Assembly (NCBI GenBank): GCA_032718475.1
Contig: JAUCBJ010005579.1
Location: 1-52,272 of the forward strand
Direction: 5' to 3'
Length of the DNA stretch: 52,272 nucleotides
From: Nemertoderma westbladi
Taxonomy: Eukaryota; Animalia; Xenacoelomorpha
The notes under the pieces are model-generated. The model searched no databases. It saw only the letters and a program-made list of their open reading frames with translations, and was not told the DNA's origin. Made by a program: the position numbers and the translations under genes. Within the stretch, counting starts at the first letter, position 1, and each line of letters starts with the position of its first letter. Of the stretch, positions 38,278 through 52,272 are shown piece after piece.

Positions 38278-38794
38278 GTAGTACTCTATTATTTTAGAAT
38301 TTCAGCAATATTTTATATGTTTTAATAATATTATAGATTAAATAAAAATATAAAATAAACAGGACTTTGCATGAACAACTCTATAACAATTGTATCAAAA
38401 GAATTAAATTTATTATCCTTTGAAATACTTTAAAGTTGTTAATATAATATAGTCCAATTTAATTATAAATATATTTCAGTCTTATTTAAATATGTTTAAA
38501 ATATTATACGTTATTAACACACAATAAATTATATATTTAAATTTTTTTAATACATTATCTTTTATTACAAATTTTTTTAATACATTATCGTTTATTAAAA
38601 ATTTTAATATCATTATTTTAATATAACAGTTTGTGTAAAAGTAATATTTCATGTAAATATATTATAAAAACCATGATTATTATAAAATAATTGGTTTAAT
38701 GTAATATTAATTAATTAAAATTTTTTTTGTTAGTGCAGAATTATTTGCCGAGCTATGAGTAACCAAACAAATGGTTTATTGTTTTTTTTTACAG

Positions 38795-39469
38795 AGAAGG
38801 AGGTTGGTGCCTGTACGTGCAACTCACATTGGCCTTTGACTGATGAATTTGGAGGTAAAGATAAACTGGATCACTTGAATGGAGAAATCGGTGGATCCTT
38901 GACGTACCGCAGAGGACCTGGTGGGATTCCAAACCAGTCAGCTGACTTCCACGCCGGATACGTTTATATCCCCCACACCACGGAACTCAATTCGGAAACA
39001 TTCACACTCACAGCATTTGTTAAACTCACAGATGCTGTTATCGGTCCTATATTTGAATATGGCAACACCGCCACGTATGGATCTCATTTTTGGATGTATC
39101 CCGCTTTCTCATCTCTGTATTACAACCCAATGAACGGCCTCTCCCCTACTGAAACACTTTCCAATGCGTGCCCCATTGTAGCGTCATGGTACTTAGTGGC
39201 ACTCGGTGTGAAACAGGATGGTAATCAAGCTTTCATGTACAGTAGACGGCTTGGTAGTAACTCACACGGGTACACGATCGACGAATGGAATCTAGCAAAT
39301 ACGGCGCTTGCTGCAGCAAACTCCAACGATTTACTTATAGGACGACGTCTAGCAGGGGGCAATCTTTTCTACGGGTACATCGCTGACGCCAGATTCTACG
39401 ACTGCTATCTATCAGTGGATGACTTAAATGACCTTTATGATGATTTGCTTGCAGATGAACAAAAACAAT
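38795..39469 (+). CDS. LamG / concanavalin A-like (pentraxin-like) domain exon 1
   Basis: Poly-T ACAG acceptor, GTTAGT donor, phase 1-1. HWPL...GPGG....A.F...Y...FTLTAFVK...GPIFEY...H.W...WYLVA...LLIG...F.GYIA...FY...LS. Confidence 0.85.
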
Positions 39470-39820
39470 GTTAGTATCCAAATGGTTTGTTTACCTTCAT
39501 TACAGATAGCAAAAGTATACAATACAGTCAAATGTACTTTAATTTAAAATTTATGATCTTAACGATTATTTAAACCAAGACGGAATCTCACATTTTATTA
39601 TTATTTGTAATTTACAATAAATTTAATATGATCAAAGTCTTTCTTAAGTAGTATTAGCATTCTAAAATTTCCTAAGACAACAGTGTCGACAGATGTTTGC
39701 ACTGATATGGTAATCCCTCAAATTCTTATTTGTGATTGGCCTCCTATTTATAGAAATCTTATTATTAGAGTCTAAAATTAATTCTTACAACAATTATACT
39801 GTTATTGTTTTTTTTTTTAG

Positions 39821-40480
39821 CGAAGACTAGTGCATGCGATGCCGGTGGCTATTGGCCCTTGAACAAGACCGCGGGTGGGAGGGATGCTTTAGGAGATCAT
39901 GATGGCCATATCCAAGGGAGCCTTCGTTATGTTTCTGGTCCTGGTGGTTCGGTAGACCAAGCAGCAGACTTCCACGACGGCTACGTTAAAATCTCCCACG
40001 GATCTGAAATGCAAACCGAAAGTTATACACTTCTCGCCTTTGTGAAAAGAACCGACGAAATTTACGGGCCTATATTCGAGTACGGAAGCCCCATTGCAAT
40101 TGGTACTCATTTATGGCTCTATGCTGCTCCGACAAGTATTTACTTTAATCCCAATAACGGGGCTGTCACCCGACAAATCTACAATGCCGTTGAAACCAAC
40201 GCGTGGTATATGATTGCTGTTGGTGTTGATCAAAATGACAAGTCGACCTTTCTTTATGTACGACGTGTTGGTCAGGATGAATATACCATGACAGATTATA
40301 TTACCACATCGACAACAAGAAGTGTCGGCGATACAAACCCGCTTCTCATTGGTCGTCGTGAAGCCGGTGGGAATAAGTTCTATGGGCACATAGCCCAGGC
40401 TCGGTACTACAGTTGCTATTTGTCGCTCGGTGAAATAAATGGGGTTTATGATGAACTCATGCTATTGGAGAAGCAAACGG
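39821..40480 (+). CDS. LamG / concanavalin A-like domain exon 2 (paralogue of exon 1)
   Basis: Poly-T TAG acceptor, GTAAGT donor, phase 1-1. Shares GPGG, ADFH.GYV, AFVK.TD, GPIFEYG, LLIGRR.AGGN.FYG with exon 1. Confidence 0.85.
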
Positions 40481-40743
40481 GTAAGTTCAGCTTGTGTTTA
40501 TAATTTCATTATAAGTTTAAAGTTTTTATGGCTCACTACAATTTATTTATTTGATGTATAGAGCGGTTGTTTTGGGTGGTGATCACGATTATAGAACTCT
40601 AATATAACATTCGAAACAATTTTCGATATTTTTGAGTGTGTCCCTTGGGGAACGGAAAAAACAAGTACAGTAGTGCAAATATGATAATGTAAAATCACCA
40701 CAAAATCAAACTGATTTTATGACTATATGGGTTTTTGGGATGC

Positions 40744-40830
40744 TAATAATAATAATAATAATATATTTAATAATAATAATTATAATATATTTATATCGCG
40801 CCTTTCTATGACCTTTAAACAAGGCGCCAG
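40744..40830 (-). mobile_element. Possible 3' end of an L2-like LINE or SINE (stem-loop and (TTA)n tail)
   Basis: (TAA)n run followed by TTTATATCGCGCCTT...AAGGCGC, an inverted repeat next to the tail. Confidence 0.4.
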
Positions 40831-40871
40831 AAGTAAAAAGTAAAAAAGCACATTTCCTGCTATATACATAA

Positions 40872-42147
40872 TAGAACACGAAGTGGGGCCTTCGCGCAGC
40901 ACGTGAAATGAGTTAATGCTAAGTATCAACTCGAAAGGATTATAAAAACATAGGAGAAGATTTTCCCGGAAAACGTTAACCCTCTAGCGGGAGACTGGGT
41001 AACTGAAGAAGGAAGGATTAGTTTCCCTACAAAGCCACAGCCTATGGTCTATTACATATCTACCAAGTTTCCGATTGACGGATCATAAATAACGAAATGT
41101 TGGAAGGTTTTCACTTTCATACATTTAGCCCTCTAGCGGCATATTAAAGAACTACGGATCGATCACCTTCCTCACAAAGACGAGGCATGTGGTCTAGTAC
41201 ATACCGGTACTGTATATTCCAAAATTCAGCTTAAATAGATTAAGATCAAGGAATTCGCAAAGGTTATCACTTTCCTACATTTCGCCCTCTAGCGGCAGAC
41301 TCGAAAACTCCGGACCGATTACTGTCCACACAAAGACTTAGGATGTCTTCTAGTACATATATGACAAGTTTCAGCGTAATCAGATCATAAACAACTAAAT
41401 GGAAGAATAATTTCACATTCGGGACATTTCGCCCTCTAGCGGCAGACTGGAGAACTGCAGACAGATTAGCCTCCTTTGAAATTTACAGCTAATGGTCTAG
41501 TACATACTTCCCAAGTTTCAGCTTAAACGGATTAAAAGCAAAGAAATGGGTGGCCATTTAATGTTTAGACATGTGGCCCTCTAGCGGGAGACTGGAAAAC
41601 TTCGGACCGATTACAATCCACACAAAGACTCAGGATGTCATCTAGTACATATATGACAAGTTTCAGCGTAATCAGATCATAAACAACTAAATGGAAGAAT
41701 AATTTCACATTCGGGACATTTCGCCCTCTAGCGGCAGACTGGAGAACTGCAGACAGATTAGCCTCCTTTGAAATTTACAGCTAATGGTCTAGTACATACT
41801 TCCCAAGTTTCAGCTTAAACGGATTAAAAGCAAAGAAATGGGTGGCCATTTAATGTTTAGACATGTGGCCCTCTAGCGGGAGACCATTGCACTGATGGTG
41901 TCTGAAAGTCTCTCAAAAATCTCAACTTTTGCTTATATTGATACCTACAAATTTTCAACTTGGCAGCTTTAAATCCGACAAAGTTATTAGCATGTCAAAA
42001 TCGTAACGACGACGACAACGACGACGACGACAACGACGACGACGACAACGACGACGACGACGACGACGACAACTATTTGCATAAATTGACCCACCCCCTA
42101 ACAGTGTCAATTCGCTAAGGCTCCGCCAACTTCGTGACTTCGCCAAC
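40872..42147. mobile_element. Helentron/DINE-like non-autonomous element with central ~147-bp tandem repeats
   Basis: About 7 tandem units carrying CCCTCTAGCGG and CAAGTTTC, then a (CGA/CAA)n microsatellite, a short inverted repeat ATTGAC..GTCAAT, and ACTTCGTG inverted to CACGAAGT at the left end. Classified by architecture only. Confidence 0.55.
42005..42072. repeat. (CGA)n microsatellite with CAA interruptions
   Basis: acgacgacgacaacg... seen directly. Confidence 0.95.
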
Positions 42148-45100
42148 ATTCTGGTGATGGCTTACAATGCTCTGGTAATAATCTAATCTCATAATAAACT
42201 ATATCAGTTAATACTAAGCACATAATGTATTTTGTAATTTAGTTTCATCATGGGCCAAGTTAAGAATTATAATCGTATTTATTATATGCTTTAGATTTTA
42301 ATGAATGCCAGAATGGAAGTCATAATTGCCATAGTAATGCAAATTGCACAAATGTTGATGGAGGATTCGTGTGTGCTTGCAATTCAGGATATTCTGGGGA
42401 TGGCTTATCATGCAGTGGTAAGCTAATCTCATGATAATGTCCATCAAATACTCAGCCTAGAAATAATTTTTGTAAATTAGCTTTAATATTGAAAAGTTTA
42501 CTATTGAATTTGTATATATTATATGCTTTAGATGTTGATGAATGTCAAACTGGTTCTCATAATTGTCATAGTAATGCAAACTGTGCTAATATTGATGGAG
42601 GATTTGAGTGTGCTTGTAATTCAGGATATTCTGGCAATGGCTTATCATGCACTGGTAAGCTAAACTCATAACCTGAATCAAATACTAAGTCTAGAATTTA
42701 ATTTGCAATTGAGATACAACAATATAACTGTTAAGAATATAATTGTATTTACTTGCTTTAGATATTGATGAATGTCAGAATGGTACTCATAATTGCCATA
42801 GTAATGCAAACTGTACAAATGTTGAAGGAGCATTCATGTGTACTTGCAATTCAGGATATTCTGGTGATGGCATCTTATGCACTGGTAAGCTAATCTCATA
42901 ATAAACCAATTCAAATAGTAAGTATATATTGTTTTTTACAATTAATTGCATTTCAGCATTGAAAAAGTTTATGGATCAATATAAATTTGTATTTCTTATA
43001 TACCTTAGACGATAATGAATGCCATAATGGAACTCACAATTGTCACAATAATGCTAGCTGCACAAATAATGATGGTGGATTTACATGCACATGTAAACCA
43101 GGTTATTCTGGAAATGGTGTATCATGCACAGGTATGCCAATTCCATAATATTTCAAGTTCAATAATGCAGGATCTAATTAATTTCCCATAAATTTTCATA
43201 GTTGCACACAGTTATCTACCATGTCAAGTATCCATTTATCTGATACTATTCAATAATAATACTAATCCTATAATATATATCGAATGCTAATCTAAATATA
43301 TTTTTGTTGATCTAGATGATGATGAATGTTATAGTGGTATTCATAATTGCCATAAAAATGCTAGTTGTACAAATGTTGCCGGTGGATTCATATGCGAATG
43401 CAATTCAGGCTTTTCTGGTGATGGTGTAACTTGTGCTGGTAAGCTAACCACTTTTTGGTAGAAAATCCAATAGCTATTAGTAAATTAGCAATTCTGATAT
43501 CGAAAATGACTCAACCCGAAAATGAAATGAGTACAATTTTCATACCATAGGAAATGTTTCCTTAGATTTCATTATTAATAAATTATTTATACATATATTT
43601 TACAGATCATGATGAATGTAGATTAGATACACACAATTGTCATGAAAATGCCAACTGTTCTAATACATATGGTTGGTATGTTTGTATCTGCATCTCTGGA
43701 TATAGTGGGGATGGAATATATACTTGTTCAGGTAGTACTCTATTATTTTAGAATTTCAGCAATATTTTATATGTTTTAATAATATTATAGAGTAAATAAA
43801 AATTTAAAATAAACATTACTTTGGATGAACAACTTATAACAATTGAATCAAATTAATTTAATTTATTATACTTTGAAATACTTTAAAGTTGTTAATATAT
43901 TATAGTCCAATTAAATTATAAATATATTTAAAATATTATACTTTATTAACATAAAATAAATTATATATTTATTTTTTTTTAAAACATTATTTTTTATTAC
44001 AAATTTTAATATCATTATTTTAATATAACAATTTGTGTAAAGGTAATATTTCAGGTAAATATATATTAAAAACCATTATTATTATAAAATAATTGGTTTA
44101 ATGTAATATTAATTTGCATTTATAATATGCTTTAGATGTTGATGAATGTCAAACTGGTACACATAATTGCAATAGTAATGCAAACTGTACAAATATTGTT
44201 GCGTCATTTGTGTGTGCTTGCAATTCAGGATATTCTGGGGATGGCTTATCATGCACTGGTAAGCTAAGCTCATAGTAATATCAATCAAATACTATGCCTA
44301 GAAAGTATTGTTGTAAATTAGTTCCAATATTGAAAAGTTCACTATTGAATTTGTATATATAATATGCTTTAGATGTTGATGAATGTCAGAATGGTACTCA
44401 TAATTGCCATAGTAATGCAAATTGTACAAATATTGATGGAGGGTTCGTGTGTGGGTGCAATTCAGGATATTCTGGCGATGGCTTACAATGCAATGGTAAG
44501 CTAATCTCAAAAAATCTAAATTAAATACTAAGCCTAGAATGTATTTTGTAATTGCGATTCAATATTTGAAAATAAGGATGTAATTTAATTTATTTTATGC
44601 TTTAGATAATGATGAATGTGAAACTGGTTATCATAATTGCCATAATGATGCTAACTGCACAAATGTTGATGGAGGATTTGAGTGTGCTTGTAATTCAGGA
44701 TATTCTGGCGATGGCTTACAATGCAATGGTAAGTTAATCTAAAAAAAATCTATAATAAATGCTAAGTCTAGAATGTATTTTGTAATTGAGATTCAATATT
44801 GGAACAGTTAAGGATGTAATTTTATTTATTTTGTGCTTTAGATGATGATGAATGTGAAACTGGTTATCATAATTGCCATAGTAATGCTAACTGCACAAAT
44901 GTTGATGGAGGTTTCATGTGTGTATGCTATTCAGGATATTCTGGTGATGGCATCTTATGCAATGGTAAGACAATTTTGTAATAATCTAAATCGAATAATA
45001 ATAATGTTATGAATTTTATCATTGACGACCTTTATTGGAAAAGTCAGGGATGCAAATTTGTATTTGTTATATTATTTAGACGATGATGAATGTCAAACTG

Positions 45101-48100
45101 GTTCTCATAATTGCCATAGCAATGCAAACTGTACAAATAATGATGGAGGATTCGTGTGTGCTTGCAATTCAGGATATTCTGGTGATGGCTTACAATGCTC
45201 TGGTAATAATCTAATCTCATAATAAACTATATCAGTTAATACTAAGCACATAATGTATTTTGTAATTTAGTTTCATCATGAGCAAAGTTAAGAATTATAA
45301 TCGTATTTATTATATGCTTTAGATTTTAATGAATGCCAGAATGGAAGTCATAATTGCCATAGTAATGCAAATTGCACAAATGCTGATGGAGGATTCGTGT
45401 GTGCTTGCAATTCAGGATATTCTGGGGATGGCTTATCATGCAGTGGTAAGCTAATCTCATGATAATGTCCATCAAATACTCAGCCTAGAAAGAATTTTTG
45501 TAATTTAGCTTTAATATTGAAAAGTTTACTATTGAATTTGTATATATTATATGCTTTAGATGTTGATGAATGTCAAACTGGTTCTCATAATTGTCATAGT
45601 AATGCAAACTGTGCTAATATTGATGGAGGATTTGAGTGTGCCTGTAATTCAGGATATTCTGGCAATGGCTTATCATGCACTGGTAAGCTAATCTCATAAC
45701 CTGAATCAAATACTAAGTCTAGAATATAATTTGCAATTGAGATACAACAATATAACTGTTAAGAATATAATTGTATTTACTTGCTTTAGATATTGATGAA
45801 TGTCAGAATGGTACTCATAATTGCCATAGTAATGCAAACTGTACAAATGTTGAAGGAGCATTCATGTGTACTTGCAATTCAGGATATTCTGGTGATGGCA
45901 TCTTATGCACTGGTAAGCTAATCTCATAATAAACCAATTCAAATAGTAAGTATATATTGTTTTTTACAATTAATTGCATTTCAGCATTGAAAAAGTTTAT
46001 GGATCAATATAAATTTGTATTTCTTATATACCTTAGACGATAATGAATGCCATAATGGAACTCACAATTGTCACAATAATGCTAGCTGCACAAATAATGA
46101 TGGTGGATTTACATGCACATGTAAACCAGGTTATTCTGGAAATGGTGTATCATGCACAGGTATGCCAATTCCATAATATTTCAAGTTCAATAATGCAGGA
46201 TCTAATTAATTTCCCATAAATTTTCATAGTTGCACACAGTTATCTACCATGTCAAGTATCCATTTATCTGATACTATTCAATAATAATACTAATCCTATA
46301 ATATATATCGAATGCTAATCTAAATATATTTTTGTTGATCTAGATGATGATGAATGTTATAGTGGTATTCATAATTGCCATAAAAATGCTAGTTGTACAA
46401 ATGTTGCCGGTGGATTCATATGCGAATGCAATTCAGGCTTTTCTGGTGATGGTGTAACTTGTGCTGGTAAGCTAACCACTTTTTGGTAGAAAATCCAATA
46501 GCTATTAGTAAATTAGCAATTCTGATATCGAAAATGACTCAACCCGAAAATGAAATGAGTACAATTTTCATACCATAGGAAATGTTTCCTTAGATTTCAT
46601 TATTAATAAATTATTTATACATATATTTTACAGATCATGATGAATGTAGATTAGATACACACAATTGTCATGAAAATGCCAACTGTTCTAATACATATGG
46701 TTGGTATGTTTGTATCTGCATCTCTGGATATAGTGGGGATGGAATATATACTTGTTCAGGTAGTACTCTATTATTTTAGAATTTCAGCAATATTTTATAT
46801 GTTTTAATAATATTATAGAGTAAATAAAAATTTAAAATAAACATTACTTTGGATGAACAACTTATAACAATTGAATCAAATTAATTTAATTTATTATACT
46901 TTGAAATACTTTAAAGTTGTTAATATATTATAGTCCAATTAAATTATAAATATATTTAAAATATTATACTTTATTAACATAAAATAAATTATATATTTAT
47001 TTTTTTTTAAAACATTATTTTTTATTACAAATTTTAATATCATTATTTTAATATAACAATTTGTGTAAAGGTAATATTTCAGGTAAATATATATTAAAAA
47101 CCATTATTATTATAAAATAATTGGTTTAATGTAATATTAATTTGCATTTATAATATGCTTTAGATGTTGATGAATGTCAAACTGGTACACATAATTGCAA
47201 TAGTAATGCAAACTGTACAAATATTGTTGCGTCATTTGTGTGTGCTTGCAATTCAGGATATTCTGGGGATGGCTTATCATGCACTGGTAAGCTAAGCTCA
47301 TAGTAATATCAATCAAATACTATGCCTAGAAAGTATTGTTGTAAATTAGTTCCAATATTGAAAAGTTCACTATTGAATTTGTATATATAATATGCTTTAG
47401 ATGTTGATGAATGTCAGAATGGTACTCATAATTGCCATAGTAATGCAAATTGTACAAATATTGATGGAGGGTTCGTGTGTGGGTGCAATTCAGGATATTC
47501 TGGCGATGGCTTACAATGCAATGGTAAGCTAATCTCAAAAAATCTAAATTAAATACTAAGCCTAGAATGTATTTTGTAATTGCGATTCAATATTTGAAAA
47601 TAAGGATGTAATTTAATTTATTTTATGCTTTAGATAATGATGAATGTGAAACTGGTTATCATAATTGCCATAATGATGCTAACTGCACAAATGTTGATGG
47701 AGGATTTGAGTGTGCTTGTAATTCAGGATATTCTGGCGATGGCTTACAATGCAATGGTAAGTTAATCTAAAAAAAATCTATAATAAATGCTAAGTCTAGA
47801 ATGTATTTTGTAATTGAGATTCAATATTGGAACAGTTAAGGATGTAATTTTATTTATTTTGTGCTTTAGATGATGATGAATGTGAAACTGGTTATCATAA
47901 TTGCCATAGTAATGCTAACTGCACAAATGTTGATGGAGGTTTCATGTGTGTATGCTATTCAGGATATTCTGGTGATGGCATCTTATGCACTGGTAAGCTA
48001 ATCTCATAATAAACCAATTCAAATAGTAAGTATATATTGTTTTTTACAATTAATTGCATTTCAGCATTGAAAAAGTTTATGGATCAATATAAATTTGTAT

Positions 48101-51100
48101 TTCTTATATACCTTAGACGATAATGAATGCCATAATGGAACTCACAATTGTCACAATAATGCTAGCTGCACAAATAATGATGGTGGATTTACATGCACAT
48201 GTAAACCGGGTTATTCTGGAAATGGTGTATCATGCACAGGTATGCCAATTCCATAATATTTCAAGTTCAATAATGCAGGATCTAATTAATTTCCCATAAA
48301 TTTTCATAGTTGCACACAGTTATCTACCATGTCAAGTATCCATTTATCTGATACTATTCAATAATAATACTAATCCTATAATATATATCGAATGCTAATC
48401 TAAATATATTTTTGTTGATCTAGATGATGATGAATGTTATAGTGGTATTCATAATTGCCATAAAAATGCTAGTTGTACAAATGTTGCCGGTGGATTCATA
48501 TGCGAATGCAATTCAGGCTTTTCTGGTGATGGTGTAACTTGTGCTGGTAAGCTAACCACTTTTTGGTAGAAAATCCAATAGCTATTAGTAAATTAGCAAT
48601 TCTGATATCGAAAATGACTCAACCCGAAAATGAAATGAGTACAATTTTCATACCATAGGAAATGTTTCCTTAAATTTCATTATTAATAAATTATTTATAC
48701 ATATATTTTACAGATCATGATGAATGTAGATTAGATACACACAATTGTCATGAAAATGCCAACTGTTCTAATACATATGGTTGGTATGTTTGTATCTGCA
48801 TCTCTGGATATAGTGGGGATGGAATATATACTTGTTCAGGTAGTACTCTATTATTTTAGAATTTCAGCAATATTTTATATGTTTTAATAATATTATAGAG
48901 TAAATAAAAATTTAAAATAAACATTACTTTGGATGAACAACTTATAATAATTGAATCAAATTAATTTAATTTATTATACTTTGAAATACTTTAAAGTTGT
49001 TAATATATTATAGTCCAATTAAATTATAAATATATTTAAAATATTATACTTTATTAACATGAAATAAATTATATATTTATTTTTTTTTAAAACATTATTT
49101 TTTATTACAAATTTTAATATCATTATTTTAATATAACAATTTGTGTAAAGGTAATATTTCAGGTAAATATATATTAAAAACCATTATTATTATAAAATAA
49201 TTGGTTTAATGTAATATTAATTTGCATTTATAATATGCTTTAGATGTTGATGAATGTCAAACTGGTACACATAATTGCAATAGTAATGCAAACTGTACAA
49301 ATATTGTTGCGTCATTTGTGTGTGCTTGCAATTCAGGATATTCTGGGGATGGCTTATCATGCACTGGTAAGCTAAGCTCATAGTAATATCAATCAAATAC
49401 TATGCCTAGAAAGTATTGTTGTAAATTAGTTCCAATATTGAAAAGTTCACTATTGAATTTGTATATATAATATGCTTTAGATGTTGATGAATGTCAGAAT
49501 GGTACTCATAATTGCCATAGTAATGCAAATTGTACAAATATTGATGGAGGGTTCGTGTGTGGGTGCAATTCAGGATATTCTGGCGATGGCTTACAATGCA
49601 ATGGTAAGCTAATCTCAAAAAATCTAAATTAAATACTAAGCCTAGAATGTATTTTGTAATTGCGATTCAATATTTGAAAATAAGGATGTAATTTAATTTA
49701 TTTTATGCTTTAGATAATGATGAATGTGAAACTGGTTATCATAATTGCCATAATGATGCTAACTGCACAAATGTTGATGGAGGATTTGAGTGTGCTTGTA
49801 ATTCAGGATATTCTGGCGATGGCTTACAATGCAATGGTAAGTTAATCTAAAAAAAATCTATAATAAATGCTAAGTCTAGAATGTATTTTGTAATTGAGAT
49901 TCAATATTGGAACAGTTAAGGATGTAATTTTATTTATTTTGTGCTTTAGATGATGATGAATGTGAAACTGGTTATCATAATTGCCATAGTAATGCTAACT
50001 GCACAAATGTTGATGGAGGTTTCATGTGTGTATGCTATTCAGGATATTCTGGTGATGGCATCTTATGCAATGGTAAGACAATTTTGTAATAATCTAAATC
50101 GAATAATAATAATGTTATGAATTTTATCATTGACGACCTTTATTGGAAAAGTCAGGGATGCAAATTTGTATTTGTTATATTATTTAGACGATGATGAATG
50201 TCAAACTGGTTCTCATAATTGCCATAGCAATGCAAACTGTACAAATAATGATGGAGGATTCGTGTGTGCTTGCAATTCAGGATATTCTGGTGATGGCTTA
50301 CAATGCTCTGGTAATAATCTAATCTCATAATAAACTATATCAGTTAATACTAAGCACATAATGTATTTTGTAATTTAGTTTCATCATGAGCAAAGTTAAG
50401 AATTATAATCGTATTTATTATATGCTTTAGATTTTAATGAATGCCAGAATGGAAGTCATAATTGCCATAGTAATGCAAATTGCACAAATGCTGATGGAGG
50501 ATTCGTGTGTGCTTGCAATTCAGGATATTCTGGGGATGGCTTATCATGCAGTGGTAAGCTAATCTCATGATAATGTCCATCAAATACTCAGCCTAGAAAG
50601 AATTTTTGTAATTTAGCTTTAATATTGAAAAGTTTACTATTGAATTTGTATATATTATATGCTTTAGATGTTGATGAATGTCAAACTGGTTCTCATAATT
50701 GTCATAGTAATGCAAACTGTGCTAATATTGATGGAGGATTTGAGTGTGCCTGTAATTCAGGATATTCTGGCAATGGCTTATCATGCACTGGTAAGCTAAA
50801 CTCATAACCTGAATCAAATACTAAGTCTAGAATATAATTTGCAATTGAGATACAACAATATAACTGTTAAGAATATAATTGTATTTACTTGCTTTAGATA
50901 TTGATGAATGTCAGAATGGTACTCATAATTGCCATAGTAATGCAAACTGTACAAATGTTGAAGGAGCATTCATGTGTACTTGCAATTCAGGATATTCTGG
51001 TGATGGCATCTTATGCACTGGTAAGCTAATCTCATAATAAACCAATTCAAATAGTAAGTATATATTGTTTTTTACAATTAATTGCATTTCAGCATTGAAA

Positions 51101-52272
51101 AAGTTTATGGATCAATATAAATTTGTATTTCTTATATACCTTAGACGATAATGAATGCCATAATGGAACTCACAATTGTCACAATAATGCTAGCTGCACA
51201 AATAATGATGGTGGATTTACATGCACATGCAAACCAGGTTATTCTGGAAATGGTGTATCATGCACAGGTATGCCAATTCCATAATATTTCAAGTTCAATA
51301 ATGCAGGATCTAATTAATTTCCCATAAATTTTCATAGTTGCACACAGTTATCTACCATGTCAAGTATCCATTTATCTGATACTATTCAATAATAATACTA
51401 ATCCTATAATATATATCGAATGCTAATCTAAATATATTTTTGTTGATCTAGATGATGATGAATGTTATAGTGGTATTCATAATTGCCATAAAAATGCTAG
51501 TTGTACAAATGTTGCCGGTGGATTCATATGCGAATGCAATTCAGGCTTTTCTGGTGATGGTGTAACTTGTGCTGGTAAGCTAACCACTTTTTGGTAGAAA
51601 ATCCAATAGCTATTAGTAAATTAGCAATTCTGATATCGAAAATGACTCAACCCGAAAATGAAATGAGTACAATTTTCATACCATAGGAAATGTTTCCTTA
51701 GATTTCATTATTAATAAATTATTTATACATATATTTTACAGATCATGATGAATGTAGATTAGATACACACAATTGTCATGAAAATGCCAACTGTTCTAAT
51801 ACATATGGTTGGTATGTTTGTATCTGCATCTCTGGATATAGTGGGGATGGAATATATACTTGTTCAGGTAGTACTCTATTATTTTAGAATTTCAGCAATA
51901 TTTTATATGTTTTAATAATATTATAGAGTAAATTAAAATTTAAAATAAACATTACTTTGGATGAACAACTTATAACAATTGAATCAAATTAATTTAATTT
52001 ATTATACTTTGAAATACTTTAAAGTTGTTAATATATTATAGTCCAATTAAATTATAAATATATTTAAAATATTATACTTTATTAACATAAAATAAATTAT
52101 ATATTTATTTTTTTTTAAAACATTATTTTTTATTACAAATTTTAATATCATTATTTTAATATAACAATTTGTGTAAAGGTAATATTTCAGGTAAATATAT
52201 ATTAAAAACCATTATTATTATAAAATAATTGGTTTAATGTAATATTAATTTGCATTTATAATATGCTTTAGA
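42148..52272 (+). CDS. Calcium-binding EGF exon array, right block (35 complete exons; continues past the window)
   Basis: Same exon family. 11-exon unit with 3,028-bp period (DHDEC exons at 43606, 46634, 48714, 51742; one unit shortened to 2,080 bp). Begins mid-exon at 42148. Confidence 0.92.

Noticed and set aside
41955-42149. Arg-rich protamine-like ORF
   Set aside because: Translation of the (CGA)n microsatellite.
28008-49618. Many repeated 60-80 aa minus-strand ORFs (MIQVMRLA..., MMDIIMRL..., MRLAYHC...)
   Set aside because: Antisense shadows of the EGF exon-intron repeats; the + strand has the splice sites and domain consensus.
27862-52272. CRISPR-like repeat/spacer appearance
   Set aside because: The units are spliceosomal exons and introns, the 'spacers' are themselves repeated, and there are no cas genes.
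5341-52272. Naming the host gene fibrillin, Notch or uromodulin
   Set aside because: No TB, LNR/ankyrin or ZP domains are visible, and the gene's ends lie outside the window.

Overview
AT-rich animal (invertebrate-like) genomic DNA. The backbone is a + strand array of about 80 near-identical, symmetric phase-1 exons of ~123 bp. Each encodes one calcium-binding EGF domain; they form higher-order repeats and enclose two LamG/ConA-like exons. A decayed, very large (~19 kb reconstructed) minus-strand BEL/Pao LTR retrotransposon (7030-27742) interrupts the array. Its 3' LTR holds an IS3EU-type DNA transposon, which itself holds a 5'-truncated LINE. Also present: a non-autonomous Tc1/mariner-type element, a probable LTR fragment of a second family and a Helentron-like repeat element. 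Two observations stand out, both in the BEL element. (i) In the env position it has a ~1,230-codon accessory ORF with a DEDDy (WRN/RNase D/mut-7-like) 3'-5' exonuclease domain, three CCHC zinc knuckles and an RG-rich tail. (ii) It carries six dispersed copies of a CAAACC-YGYG-GGUUUG hairpin, whose variation (G-U wobbles, different reading frames) points to a conserved sense-strand RNA structure. All calls are by eye; no searches were run.
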